From the NCBI GenBank assembly GCA_903831095.1, contig CAIKWD010000026.1:29290-93289 (forward strand): a DNA stretch of 64,000 nt, read 5' to 3'. The notes under the pieces are model-generated. The model was not told the origin of the DNA. It saw nothing but the letters and a program-made list of their open reading frames with translations, and made no database searches. Below are positions 29,304-39,582 of the stretch, one piece after another. Position 1 is the stretch's first letter, and every line of letters starts with the position of its first letter. Origin of the DNA: Candidatus Staskawiczbacteria bacterium. GTDB lineage: Bacteria; Patescibacteriota; Minisyncoccia; Minisyncoccales; Staskawiczbacteraceae. The translations under genes were made by a program, and so were the position numbers.

Positions 29304-30062
29304 TCACTCTGCTTTACGCATTAAAATATTTTTTGAAGAATTGTCTGATAGTGTATAAAAATAGTAACTATCTGATATTTTCTTAAACAACTTCTGACTT
29401 GGTCCACTTATTTTTATTTTACAAAATAACGGCCATTCTTTCTTAAAAATCAAGCGCAATAATTTTACAGCATCAGAATTTATTATTAAAACTTTTAAAT
29501 CATCACTCAAGCATTTTTTACACACTGCGCCTCCTGATTTATTGGAAAAATAAATACTTTCTGGATTTAATTTATTGTTACACACGCTACATTTTTCCAC
29601 TTCTGGACGATACCCTAATAGCGAAATAATATTCCATAAAAAATAATACTCTAATCGCGCACATTGTCTATCTGTTAAATTTTCTTTATCTAACCTATCA
29701 AAAGTTTCCTTTAGCAATTTAAATATGTCTTTATCTCTTTCTTCGCCAATTATAAAACTACTTAAAATTTCTCCAATATTATGACCAATTTTAAATTTTA
29801 AGGGATTTTTTCCAATATTTTTTAACTTTTCAATAATAACAGCATCTGTAAGTGTTTTCCGCCTTTTGCCTTGAATAAACTCAATTTCAGAAAAATAAAA
29901 AGTATCTATTCCACTCCTTAATTTGGAAACACCTTTCCTTATTGCCTTGGCAAAAATATCCAGGCGCCCAAATTCATCTGTAAAAACTGAAAAAATCCTG
30001 TCAAATTCATTTACATCGTTTTTCCCAAAAATAAAAGCTTGAGTCTTATATCTAGTTGTCAT
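29304..30062 (-). CDS. recO: DNA repair protein RecO
   Basis: EFDRIFSVFT..FG...AKAIRK..SKL; LGYRP...C..C, GGAVC..C. Confidence 0.9.
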   Translation of the reverse strand: MTTRYKTQAFIFGKNDVNEFDRIFSVFTDEFGRLDIFAKAIRKGVSKLRSGIDTFYFSEIEFIQGKRRKTLTDAVIIEKLKNIGKNPLKFKIGHNIGEILSSFIIGEERDKDIFKLLKETFDRLDKENLTDRQCARLEYYFLWNIISLLGYRPEVEKCSVCNNKLNPESIYFSNKSGGAVCKKCLSDDLKVLIINSDAVKLLRLIFKKEWPLFCKIKISGPSQKLFKKISDSYYFYTLSDNSSKNILMRKAE

Positions 30063-30847
30063 TTCATTTTACCAATTTTGTTCAAAAAAATCTTCTCTTT
30101 TCTTAATTTTTCATGTTTAACTTGATCAGTGGTATTAAGTATTTTTTTATTTAAATCTTTAATAGCCAGCTTCACATCACCCCTAGAAATATTTCTCCCA
30201 TAATAAGATTTAGAAAATACCTCTTTTGCTAGTTCCTCTCTCTGTGTAGGGCTTAAAAAAAGACCAGATTGTCTTGCCGCTTGCCAAATTTTAGGATCTT
30301 TTCGAAATTCATGTGCTAATTCTTTTTTAGAAATTTCCCCATCATTGCCAAAAAGACCCTCATTTTTATCACCCTGATGGTTAATTTCTTTCTTATCTTT
30401 TATTGTCGACGATTTGAAAATATCAGCAATAGAACCAGCAGCTTTTTGACCTTCCTGTACTGTTTTCTTAGCAGCCTCTATATCTTCTTTTTCATAAACC
30501 AAAGATTGATTATGTATTTTTGCACTTGTAGGTATTTTTATTTCTTTATGATTATCAATTTCTATACCAGCGAATCTTGAAGGCATTTTTGATTCCAACG
30601 TCCCCTTGCTTCCAGCGCCGTTATGCTTGAATTTTGCAAGACTATCTGCAATTCCTTTTTGTTCTTTTTCATTGAAATTCTGCTTGCGGCCTTTTTCTTT
30701 TTCATCTTTTTCTTTTTCAACTTTTGAACTGTCAACAAACCCGCCTCCACCAGAACTTTTTGGACTTTGTGCCAAAGTACTGTCTCCAGGATTACTGGAA
30801 TGATTTTCAGTTTTTTTTTCTTCCTTAAATTTATCGTAAAGAGACAT
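30059..30847 (-). CDS. Hypothetical charged protein
   Basis: ORF overlapping recO start; no recognised motif. Confidence 0.65.
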   Translation of the reverse strand: MSLYDKFKEEKKTENHSSNPGDSTLAQSPKSSGGGGFVDSSKVEKEKDEKEKGRKQNFNEKEQKGIADSLAKFKHNGAGSKGTLESKMPSRFAGIEIDNHKEIKIPTSAKIHNQSLVYEKEDIEAAKKTVQEGQKAAGSIADIFKSSTIKDKKEINHQGDKNEGLFGNDGEISKKELAHEFRKDPKIWQAARQSGLFLSPTQREELAKEVFSKSYYGRNISRGDVKLAIKDLNKKILNTTDQVKHEKLRKEKIFLNKIGKMK

Positions 30848-30861
30848 AATTGCTTTTTAAA

Positions 30862-31368
30862 TTAATATTCAGAATTCTCTGCCTTTGAAAGAGCCCAAGA
30901 AAAAAACTCCTGGTCATCTTGCAATTTTTGCAAATCTTCTTGTTGAAAATCTTTCTGCTTTTCAACCCACTCTTTAGTCACCAATTTTTCTACATCTGTT
31001 GCGTTCGCCCAAGATTTTTTATTTTCTACTGATTCTAATAAATCTATTAATTCTTGCTGATTCTTGTCTTCTTGACTATCAGAATCAAAAATCTCTTTAG
31101 AATCAAGATTATTTGCTTTCAATCTCAATTCTGCTTCCCTGTCATAACGCAACTTATATGAAAACCTATTTTGCCCAACAAATTTTTCCTTTTCCTTTTT
31201 CCCCAATAACTTCAAAGCTTCCTTATCAGCCATTTTAATTCCCTTAATTAATAAGAAAACAAAAATAAAAAAAACTGTTAAAAATATTATAAGAATCAAA
31301 GCTAAAAATATTAAGTTATCCTTATTTGTAAAATCAATATTTTTTAGTGCAGAAAAATCAAATTGCAT
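30862..31368 (-). CDS. Hypothetical single-TM protein
   Basis: Coupled to ileS stop; one long TM helix. Confidence 0.65.
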   Translation of the reverse strand: MQFDFSALKNIDFTNKDNLIFLALILIIFLTVFFIFVFLLIKGIKMADKEALKLLGKKEKEKFVGQNRFSYKLRYDREAELRLKANNLDSKEIFDSDSQEDKNQQELIDLLESVENKKSWANATDVEKLVTKEWVEKQKDFQQEDLQKLQDDQEFFSWALSKAENSEY

Positions 31369-34235
31369 TATGTTTTCTTTATTTCCAATATTAAACTTTT
31401 ACCGTTAATAACTATCTCTTTTTTAATATCACTATTTTCTAATACATCTACAATACTCTTTGATCTTATTTCTTTAGAAACAAAATCTCTATTTTTTCCA
31501 ACAATATTAACAAGTTCACTGTCTCCAATAAAACAAGCTAAAATTTCATCAGATGGTTTTAACCCCGCATCTTTTCTAGTTCCCTGTGCAAACCTGATTA
31601 TTTCCCTTACTGTCCCCTCTTCTTTCAGCTCTTCAGTAATATTCATATCTAACTCTATTTCGCTGGAAATATTGCTGTCAAAAATAATTTCTTTTACATT
31701 AACTTCATCTTTTATTAATTCTAGCAAATCTTTCTCTTTATTTATTTTTACCTTGTCACTTTTGATTTTAAGCAAAGATAAAGGTTGTTTTACTTTTATG
31801 CCTTTTAAAATCCTTTCTGCCAATACTAAGTTAACAACAGACCTAACTTCATTCATTTGAGAAATTAGAATATAATTATTTTTCTGCTTTTTATTTTTTG
31901 GCCACGCAACCAGATGCACGCTTTCTTTGTCATTACTTTCCCTCACGGCATTAAAAAGATAATCGGCAAAAAATGGCATTGAAGGAGCCATAATTACAGA
32001 AAGTAAATAAAGCACATATCTCAAAGTAGCAAGTGCATCAGTTTTGTCAGATTTTTTTTCTGATCCCTCTTCCTTAAACCTTTCCCTGCTTCGCCTCAAA
32101 TACCATACTGAAAAGTCATCAATAAAATCAATTAATGGACGAGTAGCCAAGTCCACCCTGTAATTCTCATAACCATCTGTTACAGTAGAAACCAATTCAT
32201 TCAAACGAGATAAAATCCAAACATCAAGCACATTTTTACTATTGCCTTTAGCTGGAGTTCCGTCCTGGTAAAGTTGATAAAAAGAAAGCACATTGTAAAG
32301 TCGGCTAATATTTTTCTTGGCAATTTCATCAACTCCCTGTTCGGAAAAGGAAAGGTTGTCTGCTTGAACTACTGGAGAACTCATCATATAAAACCTCATG
32401 GCATCGGCCCCATATTTTTCCATAATTTCAACTGGATCAGGATAATTTTTAAGCTTCTTAGACATTTTCTTTCCATCTTCAGCTAATATTATTCCAGTCA
32501 CAACGCAATTTTTAAATGCTTGTTTGCCAAACAAAGCCCCAACCAAAACATGCTGATAGTAGAACCATGCTCTTGTCTGATCTTGAGCTTCTCCAATAAA
32601 ATCAGCTGGCATAGGCCTTTTTGTAGCAAAAGGTACCGAGCCCGAATCAAACCAAGTATCCAACACATCTGGTACACGATAAGCTATTCCACCACAAGTA
32701 CATTTAAAAGATACTTGATCAACTATATCTTTATGTAAATCATTAACTTTTATTCCACTTGCTTTTTCAAGCTCTGTGGCTGATGCAAAAACATTTTCCT
32801 TTTTACAATTTTCACATCTCCATACAGGAATTGTATTTGCCCAAAAACGCTGTCGCGAAATAGACCAGTCGCGTGCTCCCAAAAGCCACTGACCAAACCT
32901 GCCCTCTTTTATGTGTTCTGGAGACCAATTAATTTTTTTTGCTATTTTTAACAGTGCTGGTTTTATTTTTTCTACAGCAACAAACCACGAGCCTGTAGCA
33001 TAATTTAAAAGCGCGGTATCACACCTCCAGCAATGAGGATAGCTGTGCAAATATTTTTCTGAAGCAAACAATAATCCTTTTTGTTCCAAATATTTAACAA
33101 TAGTCAAATCTGCTTCCCTTATTTCTTCTGGTTTATCTTTGGCTCTTGGCTTTAAATCAAGACCAATAAATTCTCCCATTCTCTCATTGAAAGAGCCATC
33201 CATTTTTACATGCTGAACAAATGGTAAATTTTCTTTTTTACCAAGCGCCATGTCGTCAGCTCCAAATGCTGGGGCAATGTGCACAATACCCGTGCCATCT
33301 TCTGTATTTACAAAATCTGCAGCATAAACTTTCCAACCGTTTTTATGATTTTTTAAATTTTCATCAGTAGCATAATTGCCAAACAATGGTTCATATTCCA
33401 AACCAATCAAATCCTTGCCAATAAATTCTTTTTCTATTTTGTATTCTAGTTGTCCTTCTGCATTTTTAAAAATTTCTAATAATCTGTCTTTAGCTAAAAT
33501 ATATTTTTCACCACCTTTAACAACTAAAACATATTTTATTTTTTCTCCTACAGCCAAAGCAACGTTACCTAGCAAAGTCCATGGAGTTGTTGTCCAAGCA
33601 AGTAAATAAGCATCTTTTGTTTTAAACTTTACTGTAGCTGATAAATCTTTCACATCTTTATACCCATCTGCTACTTCTCCCTGACTTAAAGTAGTTTCGC
33701 ATCTTGGGCAAATATGCATAGATCTATAATCCTCATAAATAAGCCCCTTCTTATATAACTCCTTAAACGCCCACCATTCTGACTGCATATACTCAAAATC
33801 CATCGTTTTATACGGATTTTTCATATCTGCCCACCTGCCAAATCTTGGGATAATGGTTTCCCATTCATGCATAAAAGTAAATATTCTCTCTCGACACAAG
33901 TCATTGAATTTCTTCACACCCATAGCCACAATTTCTTTTTTGCTTTTTGTACCAAGTTCCTTTTCAACAATATTTTCTATTGGAAGCCCATGGCAATCCC
34001 AACCCCACTGACGCGCTACATAAAAACCCCGCATAGTTTTATACCTTGGAATTGCATCTTTAATTGCGCTTTGAAGCAAGTGCCCATAGTGTGGAGTTCC
34101 AGTGGCAAAAGGAGGGCCATCGTAAAAAACAAAGGCTTTACCTTTTTTAGTTTGTTCTAAAGATTTCTCAAAAATCTTATTCTCATTCCAAAACTTCAGT
34201 ATTTTATTTTCTTCCTCAGAATAATTGTATGGCAT
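31368..34235 (-). CDS. ileS: Isoleucyl-tRNA synthetase, type 2 (IleRS2)
   Basis: DGPPFATGTPHYGH, GWDCHGLP, WTTTPWTL, HSYPHCWR, KMSKK. Confidence 0.97.
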   Translation of the reverse strand: MPYNYSEEENKILKFWNENKIFEKSLEQTKKGKAFVFYDGPPFATGTPHYGHLLQSAIKDAIPRYKTMRGFYVARQWGWDCHGLPIENIVEKELGTKSKKEIVAMGVKKFNDLCRERIFTFMHEWETIIPRFGRWADMKNPYKTMDFEYMQSEWWAFKELYKKGLIYEDYRSMHICPRCETTLSQGEVADGYKDVKDLSATVKFKTKDAYLLAWTTTPWTLLGNVALAVGEKIKYVLVVKGGEKYILAKDRLLEIFKNAEGQLEYKIEKEFIGKDLIGLEYEPLFGNYATDENLKNHKNGWKVYAADFVNTEDGTGIVHIAPAFGADDMALGKKENLPFVQHVKMDGSFNERMGEFIGLDLKPRAKDKPEEIREADLTIVKYLEQKGLLFASEKYLHSYPHCWRCDTALLNYATGSWFVAVEKIKPALLKIAKKINWSPEHIKEGRFGQWLLGARDWSISRQRFWANTIPVWRCENCKKENVFASATELEKASGIKVNDLHKDIVDQVSFKCTCGGIAYRVPDVLDTWFDSGSVPFATKRPMPADFIGEAQDQTRAWFYYQHVLVGALFGKQAFKNCVVTGIILAEDGKKMSKKLKNYPDPVEIMEKYGADAMRFYMMSSPVVQADNLSFSEQGVDEIAKKNISRLYNVLSFYQLYQDGTPAKGNSKNVLDVWILSRLNELVSTVTDGYENYRVDLATRPLIDFIDDFSVWYLRRSRERFKEEGSEKKSDKTDALATLRYVLYLLSVIMAPSMPFFADYLFNAVRESNDKESVHLVAWPKNKKQKNNYILISQMNEVRSVVNLVLAERILKGIKVKQPLSLLKIKSDKVKINKEKDLLELIKDEVNVKEIIFDSNISSEIELDMNITEELKEEGTVREIIRFAQGTRKDAGLKPSDEILACFIGDSELVNIVGKNRDFVSKEIRSKSIVDVLENSDIKKEIVINGKSLILEIKKT

Positions 34236-34253
34236 ATAAGGACCAATTTTATT

Positions 34254-34817
34254 TTAATTTAATTTTCTTAATTCAGCTGTACTTATTTTTTCTCTTTTTA
34301 AGAAAAAATCTTTATTAGGTATCTTTTTTACTGCACAATCTAAAAGAAGAAGTGGAAGCTCATGACTGACAAATAATATATTTTTTCCTTTGTATTTTGA
34401 ATCAACTTTCTTTAAAAAATCAACCATTCTTTTTTTAATTTCAATGTAAGTCTCACCATTTTTCGGCAACAATTTGAACCTTCGCAAACCTTTTTCGCCT
34501 AAAAACTCCTGAAGTTTCTCAAATGGTTGTCCATTATAAATCCCGCAATCAACTTCCTTTAACTCCAAAGTAAATTTTGGTTTGACTTTTAGTGCTCTAC
34601 CAACAATCTCAGAAGTCTGCTTTGTTCTCAAGAGTGGAGAAGCAAAAATCATATCAATATCTTTTTCCTTTAATTTTTCAGCTGATTCTTTTACTGCCGT
34701 TCTGCCAATTTTTGTCAGTGGACTGTAAATTTTTTCTGGCCAACAATCACATATTTCTTTCACATTTGAAATAGACTGCCCATGCCGCATTATATAGTAG
34801 GTGTTATTTAGCTTCAT
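34254..34817 (-). CDS. Histidine phosphatase (phosphoglycerate mutase-like) family
   Basis: RHGQ, SPLLRT, GE, VSH; start reassigned to ATG 34817. Confidence 0.9.
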   Translation of the reverse strand: MKLNNTYYIMRHGQSISNVKEICDCWPEKIYSPLTKIGRTAVKESAEKLKEKDIDMIFASPLLRTKQTSEIVGRALKVKPKFTLELKEVDCGIYNGQPFEKLQEFLGEKGLRRFKLLPKNGETYIEIKKRMVDFLKKVDSKYKGKNILFVSHELPLLLLDCAVKKIPNKDFFLKREKISTAELRKLN

Positions 34818-34821
34818 ATGT

Positions 34822-36504
34822 TTACATCCTCTCAAGCGACTTAATTCCAAGCAACCACATTCCATTTTTCATAATGACAGAAAACGCATTTACCAAAGCA
34901 ACCTTATATGGAGAAAATTCGTCATTCTTATCTACTATTTTATTTTTAGCGTAATAACCATTAAACAATCCTGCAAGCTCAGTCAAATACAAAGCCAGAT
35001 AATGCGGTTCATATTCTGTTTGTGCTTTCAAAACTACTTCTGGAAAATGATACATTTTTTTCTCCAATTCAGAAACTTCATTGGAAACTTTTTTAAACGA
35101 AAGCTTTATTTTTTCTATTTTGGCTTTTCTCAAAACAGATTGTGCCCTTGTATATGAATACTGCAAATATGGCCCTGAATCTCCTTCAAATGAAATTGAC
35201 TTGTCAAAATCATAAATAATATCAGATCCGGCTGATTGTTTTAGAATAGAATACCTTATGGCTCCAACTGCAACATTTTCTGTTATTTCTGCCTTTTCTT
35301 TTTCAGATAACTCCCTATCTTTAATTTTTTCTTTTACCAATTCCTCAACTTTTTCTATTAAAGATTCTCCTGTTATAACCTTCCCTGTTCTAGAAGACAT
35401 TTTTCCTTCTGGCAAGCGTAACATTCCATGCCCAATATGCTTTGTTTTCTCTGCTAATTTTGGAGCCATTTTATCCAAAGCACAAAGCATAACCTTGAAA
35501 TAGTCATTCTGCTCGCTAGCAGTAATAACCACTGATTGGTCATACTTATATTTTTTATCCTTAAACTCCGCCAACCCTAAATCTTTTGCCTCATAAGTTG
35601 GCAAACCTTCTGAATTTATAAAAACCCTAGTATGGAGGCCATATTTTTCTCCTTTGAAAATTATTGCCCCATTGTCTCCCTTTTCAAATACCCCATTTTT
35701 CAATCCTTTCTCAACAATTTCTTTTCCAATTTTTATAACTTGGCTTTCTGAAATTAATTCATCAAACTTTGTATCTAACTTTTTATATATTTTATCAAAA
35801 TGTTCAAGGCTTATTTTCTTTCCAATAAAATACAGCTTGTTTATTTGCTCATCGCTTTTTGCAAATATATTTTTATTAATTTCTATAATTTCTTTTTTAG
35901 ATTCTTCGTTATTTTCATAATCAGAAGATCCAGTTGCATATGCGCTTCCCAAAGCTTTTATTTTATTTTCCAATTTTGAATTTTCCCAATCCATCTTTTG
36001 CATACCATAAACAGCTTTGGCAACATTTAGTCCTATATCAGATTGGTAGCAAACTCTTTTTACTTTAGCTCCCTGAAATTCAAATATGCGAGACAAAGAT
36101 TCTCCAATGGAATTATTCATCAAATGCCCAACATGAAACTCCTTAAAAAGATTAGGATCTGTATAATCAATGATGATTTTCTTGCCCTTTAAATTATTCC
36201 CTTTTCCAAAATTTTTGTCTATGCTTTTTATAGAATTAATAAAAATCTTGTCTGAAACAAAAAAGTTTATAAACCCAGGACCGGCAATTTCTATCTTACT
36301 GAATAAATTAGGCTTTATTTTGCCTTTTATATCCTCTGCAACTTCCCTCGGGTTCTTCCCAATTTTCTTAGCCAAAATTAAAGCCACATTGGTTGAATAG
36401 TCGCCATGTTCTTTTTCTCCAGGCACTTCAATAGAAAAATTCAAAGCTTCTTCTGTCAGCCCTTTGACTGCGTTTTCAATTATTTTTTTTATTTCACTTT
36501 TCAT
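34822..36504 (-). CDS. argS: Arginyl-tRNA synthetase
   Basis: HGDYSTN, AGPGFINF, FHVGH, KMSSRTG, GPYLQY. Confidence 0.97.
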   Translation of the reverse strand: MKSEIKKIIENAVKGLTEEALNFSIEVPGEKEHGDYSTNVALILAKKIGKNPREVAEDIKGKIKPNLFSKIEIAGPGFINFFVSDKIFINSIKSIDKNFGKGNNLKGKKIIIDYTDPNLFKEFHVGHLMNNSIGESLSRIFEFQGAKVKRVCYQSDIGLNVAKAVYGMQKMDWENSKLENKIKALGSAYATGSSDYENNEESKKEIIEINKNIFAKSDEQINKLYFIGKKISLEHFDKIYKKLDTKFDELISESQVIKIGKEIVEKGLKNGVFEKGDNGAIIFKGEKYGLHTRVFINSEGLPTYEAKDLGLAEFKDKKYKYDQSVVITASEQNDYFKVMLCALDKMAPKLAEKTKHIGHGMLRLPEGKMSSRTGKVITGESLIEKVEELVKEKIKDRELSEKEKAEITENVAVGAIRYSILKQSAGSDIIYDFDKSISFEGDSGPYLQYSYTRAQSVLRKAKIEKIKLSFKKVSNEVSELEKKMYHFPEVVLKAQTEYEPHYLALYLTELAGLFNGYYAKNKIVDKNDEFSPYKVALVNAFSVIMKNGMWLLGIKSLERM

Positions 36505-36506
36505 AT

Positions 36507-37211
36507 CTAATTTATTACTGTTCCTATAAAAGGCTTATTATTTAAAAAGTCTTCCAGCCTTTCCAAGTTTTTACCATTGATCATAGCCACTTTCAATTTT
36601 AAACTGGCAGCTAGTTTGGAAGCCTTAGGATCAAACGGCATTGAAAGCCCAGGTGACCACTTGTCTCCAACAATTCTCAAAAAGCTTTTCCAATCAATTT
36701 CTTTAAATGGTTTGGCATCTGGAAATTCATTGGGATTTTTGTCGTATACATAATCAACATTTGTAAGATTGATTATAGTTTTTATATTATTATTCTTTGC
36801 CATTAAAACAGCATCATAATCTGTTGACCACCCTGGCTTCCACCCTGCCCCAACAATAATATCCTTAGTAGTTTTTACTTTTACATTTGGATCTGTGACA
36901 ACTTTTGGAAAACAATTTCCAGCAAACATTTGTTTTATAACTTCGGCATTCAACCTGGTAATGTTAATTCCCATCCAATCCCTATCTTGGCTTTTTGCGC
37001 CAAACTCCAAAAGCGCCTTTTGATAGTTTCTGGCAACTTTTCCTCCCCCAACTAAAATAAAAAACCTATATTTCTGTCCCGCGGAGCGGGATCCCGTATA
37101 GCGGGACAAAGAATATTTGAAAGTCTTTAAAAAACCTATGTCTATCTCATTTGGAGCCACTAACGACCCGCCCAGAGATATTATTATTGTTTCCTTTATG
37201 TTTTTAGCCAT
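36507..37211 (-). CDS. pyrH: UMP kinase, archaeal-type
   Basis: SLGGS, VGGGKVAR.Y, GI.ITRLNA, PGWSTD, TNVD.VY..NP, PFDP.A. Confidence 0.92.
   Translation of the reverse strand: MAKNIKETIIISLGGSLVAPNEIDIGFLKTFKYSLSRYTGSRSAGQKYRFFILVGGGKVARNYQKALLEFGAKSQDRDWMGINITRLNAEVIKQMFAGNCFPKVVTDPNVKVKTTKDIIVGAGWKPGWSTDYDAVLMAKNNNIKTIINLTNVDYVYDKNPNEFPDAKPFKEIDWKSFLRIVGDKWSPGLSMPFDPKASKLAASLKLKVAMINGKNLERLEDFLNNKPFIGTVIN
37077..37106. repeat. In-frame GGATCC-centred double-hairpin palindrome (30 nt) in pyrH
   Basis: tcccgcggagcggga+tcccgtatagcggga; encodes SRYTGSRSAG. Confidence 0.9.
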
Positions 37212-37326
37212 ATTATAGTTATTTTTATCACAAACTAAGACAAAAATAAAGCCTTTTTACAACAAGAAATAATAAAAAAGCGGATTCCCTAAAAAGAAAA
37301 ACCCGCTGTTATAAATTCTTATTAAT

Positions 37327-37812
37327 CTATTTTTTTTCACGACAGAGTCGAACACAAGGATATATTTGTCCTTTGGTAAATCTACTATTATTACTAGAAC
37401 AACTGCCTAAGCCCCCAATTTCATCATATGCGTATGTAACAACATTGCCACCTTCTTCTTTTCCGCTCCAAGGCGAAGAAGACCAATAATATTTCCAAAG
37501 TGAAAAACCACTAGGCTTCATAGTCCTTAGCGCCCGATCAAGTTCATCTTCGGTCGGCAACCTCCAACTTTTTCCACACGCAAGATTTTGGACTTCTATG
37601 CACTTCTGCAAAGATAACTCAGGAGTTTCTCCAAAATCTAAACTCCACTCCAATGGAATGTAAATCATGCCTTCTGCCCAAGTCGGCTCTTCCCGAAGAC
37701 ACTTCTTGAATGCAGCTACCCATTTTTCGGGATTTTTACCGAGAAGATGCTTGTCAATCTCTTCACGCAGTCCATGATATTCACGGAGTGCATCACTGAG
37801 CATTTTTTTCAT
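37327..37812 (-). CDS. DUF1566/C-type-lectin-fold-like islet protein
   Basis: WRLPTEDEL, YYWSSS and terminal VRLCR motifs; SD, promoter, terminator present. Confidence 0.7.
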   Translation of the reverse strand: MKKMLSDALREYHGLREEIDKHLLGKNPEKWVAAFKKCLREEPTWAEGMIYIPLEWSLDFGETPELSLQKCIEVQNLACGKSWRLPTEDELDRALRTMKPSGFSLWKYYWSSSPWSGKEEGGNVVTYAYDEIGGLGSCSSNNSRFTKGQIYPCVRLCREKK

Positions 37813-37956
37813 GGTCAGTTTTCCTTTCTTTGTTGTTTTGCTTGAGTGCCGTGATAGCAGTCATAGCCAAAAATACTCGAGTTTCCAAGAACTTTTGGCT
37901 ACAACTGCTTACAAAAATATTATTTCTTATAAAAGTGCTGTTTTGATTAATGTGTT

Positions 37957-37985
37957 AATATATAACCTTTGCTATATATTGTCAA
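37957..37985 (-). promoter_or_regulatory. sigma70 promoter TTGACA-17-TATATT
   Basis: Near-consensus hexamers upstream of 37812, back-to-back with the smpB promoter. Confidence 0.65.
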
Positions 37986-38025
37986 GGGTAATTTTTTGTG
38001 CTAATATGATATGATAATAAAAGAT

Positions 38026-38487
38026 ATGAAGATATATTCGGAAAATAAAAAGGCTGGATTTAATTATGAAATATTAGAACGATTTGAGTCGGGGCTGGTT
38101 TTGTTTGGCCAAGAAGTAAAGTCTATAAGAACTGGGCATATAAATTTAGCTGGATCTTTTGTAACTTTAAAGCCACAAACTGGCGGAGGTTATCCAGAGC
38201 CATACTTGGTGGGAGTAAAAATACCTCCCTACCAGCCAAATAATGCTGGGGCAGACTACAATGAAGACCGCCCACGAAAGCTTCTTTTGAACAAAAAAGA
38301 GATAGTTTATCTTGCAGGAAAGTCAAAACAAGCGGGTTTTTCACTTATACCCTTGAAAATTTATGACAACAGTGGTAGAATAAAACTCGAATTCGGATTA
38401 GCTAAAGGAAAGAAGAAATACGACAAAAAAGAGAAAATAAAGAAGCGCGACGTAGAGCGCGAAGTTAATCGTGAATTATCGGCCTAA
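38026..38487 (+). CDS. smpB: SsrA-binding protein
   Basis: NKKA.F.Y, GLVL.GQEVKSIR, R.RKLLL.K.EI, KGKKKYDK. Confidence 0.96.
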   Translation: MKIYSENKKAGFNYEILERFESGLVLFGQEVKSIRTGHINLAGSFVTLKPQTGGGYPEPYLVGVKIPPYQPNNAGADYNEDRPRKLLLNKKEIVYLAGKSKQAGFSLIPLKIYDNSGRIKLEFGLAKGKKKYDKKEKIKKRDVEREVNRELSA

Positions 38488-38497
38488 TCGCCCACAT

Positions 38498-38852
38498 GGG
38501 GATGATTGTTTCGATGGATTGTTCTTTAAAGTAAGGCAAGTTGAGCTTTCTTGGGGCTCATTAATCTCCTGAGAAAAAACATAATTGCTAATTTATTTAA
38601 CTTTAATAAGCAACCAGCTTTAGCTTTTGCTTAAGCTGCATCCTTACCGATGATTCCTAATGGGCGGATCAAGGGTGTTATATTATTAGGATAGGCATCT
38701 TCATTCTCCGGGGAAATGCCAAAACTAAGGAGATAAAGCATTAAAAATTTTGCTAATTTTTTATTTAATGCTCGAAAAACAAAATCAGCTAAACTTGTAG
38801 AATTGCTTTTGAGAATTTTTCAGACGCGGTTTCAATACCGCCATCTCCACCA
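38498..38852 (+). ncRNA. ssrA: tmRNA; tag peptide ANLFNFNKQPALAFA* at 38587-38634
   Basis: GGGGAUG/CAUCUCC-ACCA acceptor with G3.U, T-arm GCGGT-TTCAAT-ACCGC, resume codon after ATAATT, tag ending ALAFA; follows smpB. Confidence 0.93.
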
Positions 38853-38874
38853 ATAATTAAAATATTCAAATACA

Positions 38875-39381
38875 TTGGATAAAGTATTAATCAACAACTA
38901 TATAAGGGCTAAAGAGGTACGAGTAATTTCAGAAACAGGTGAACAACTTGGAGTAATGAATATTTTTCAAGCAATTGATTTAGCAAAATCAAAAGGTTTG
39001 GATTTAATTCAGGTGACTGAAAAAGTTGAACCTCCAGTCTGTAGAATTGCCAACTACGGAAAATACCTTTACCAGCAACAAAAAAAGGAAAAGAAAATGT
39101 CAAAACCAAAAGGCGGAGACTTGAAAGAAATAAGGCTAACATTTGGCATTTCCCCACACGACATGGAAGTCAGGGCAAATCAAGCAAAGAAATTCTTAGA
39201 TGACGGAGATAAAGTAAAAATAAACATGTCTCTTAGAGGAAGAGAAAAAGCAATGGGACAATTTGCAACAGACAAAGTAAAATTATTTCTAGAAAATTTA
39301 AATACATTAATACCAATTAAAACTGAAAGAGAGCTAAAGCGTGAGCCCAGAGGATTCACAATGATAGTCTCTAAACAGTAA
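38875..39381 (+). CDS. infC: Translation initiation factor IF-3 (TTG start)
   Basis: IN..IRA.EVRVI...GEQLG, PPVCRI..YGKY.Y, GDKVK...RGRE. Confidence 0.96.
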   Translation: MDKVLINNYIRAKEVRVISETGEQLGVMNIFQAIDLAKSKGLDLIQVTEKVEPPVCRIANYGKYLYQQQKKEKKMSKPKGGDLKEIRLTFGISPHDMEVRANQAKKFLDDGDKVKINMSLRGREKAMGQFATDKVKLFLENLNTLIPIKTERELKREPRGFTMIVSKQ

Positions 39382-39388
39382 ACATAAC

Positions 39389-39577
39389 ATGAATAAGACA
39401 AAAAAAGCCTTAGTGAAAAGATTCAAGATAACCAAAAATGGCAAAATCTTGAGAAGAGTAACTGGCCAAAACCACTATAGGTCGAAAAAAACAGGAGAAC
39501 AGAAGAGAAAAGGTCGCAAATGGATCACTCTCTCTGTAAAAGAGGCTGGAAGAATAAAAAAGTTTTTAACCAAATAA
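39389..39577 (+). CDS. rpmI: 50S ribosomal protein L35
   Basis: KT.KA..KRFKITKNGKI; infC-rpmI-rplT synteny. Confidence 0.9.
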   Translation: MNKTKKALVKRFKITKNGKILRRVTGQNHYRSKKTGEQKRKGRKWITLSVKEAGRIKKFLTK

Positions 39578-39582
39578 ATTTA

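Noticed and set aside
38172-38190. gcca-caaac-tggc hairpin in smpB (PQTGG) as another in-frame insert
   Set aside because: Only a 4-bp stem; could be chance in a variable loop.
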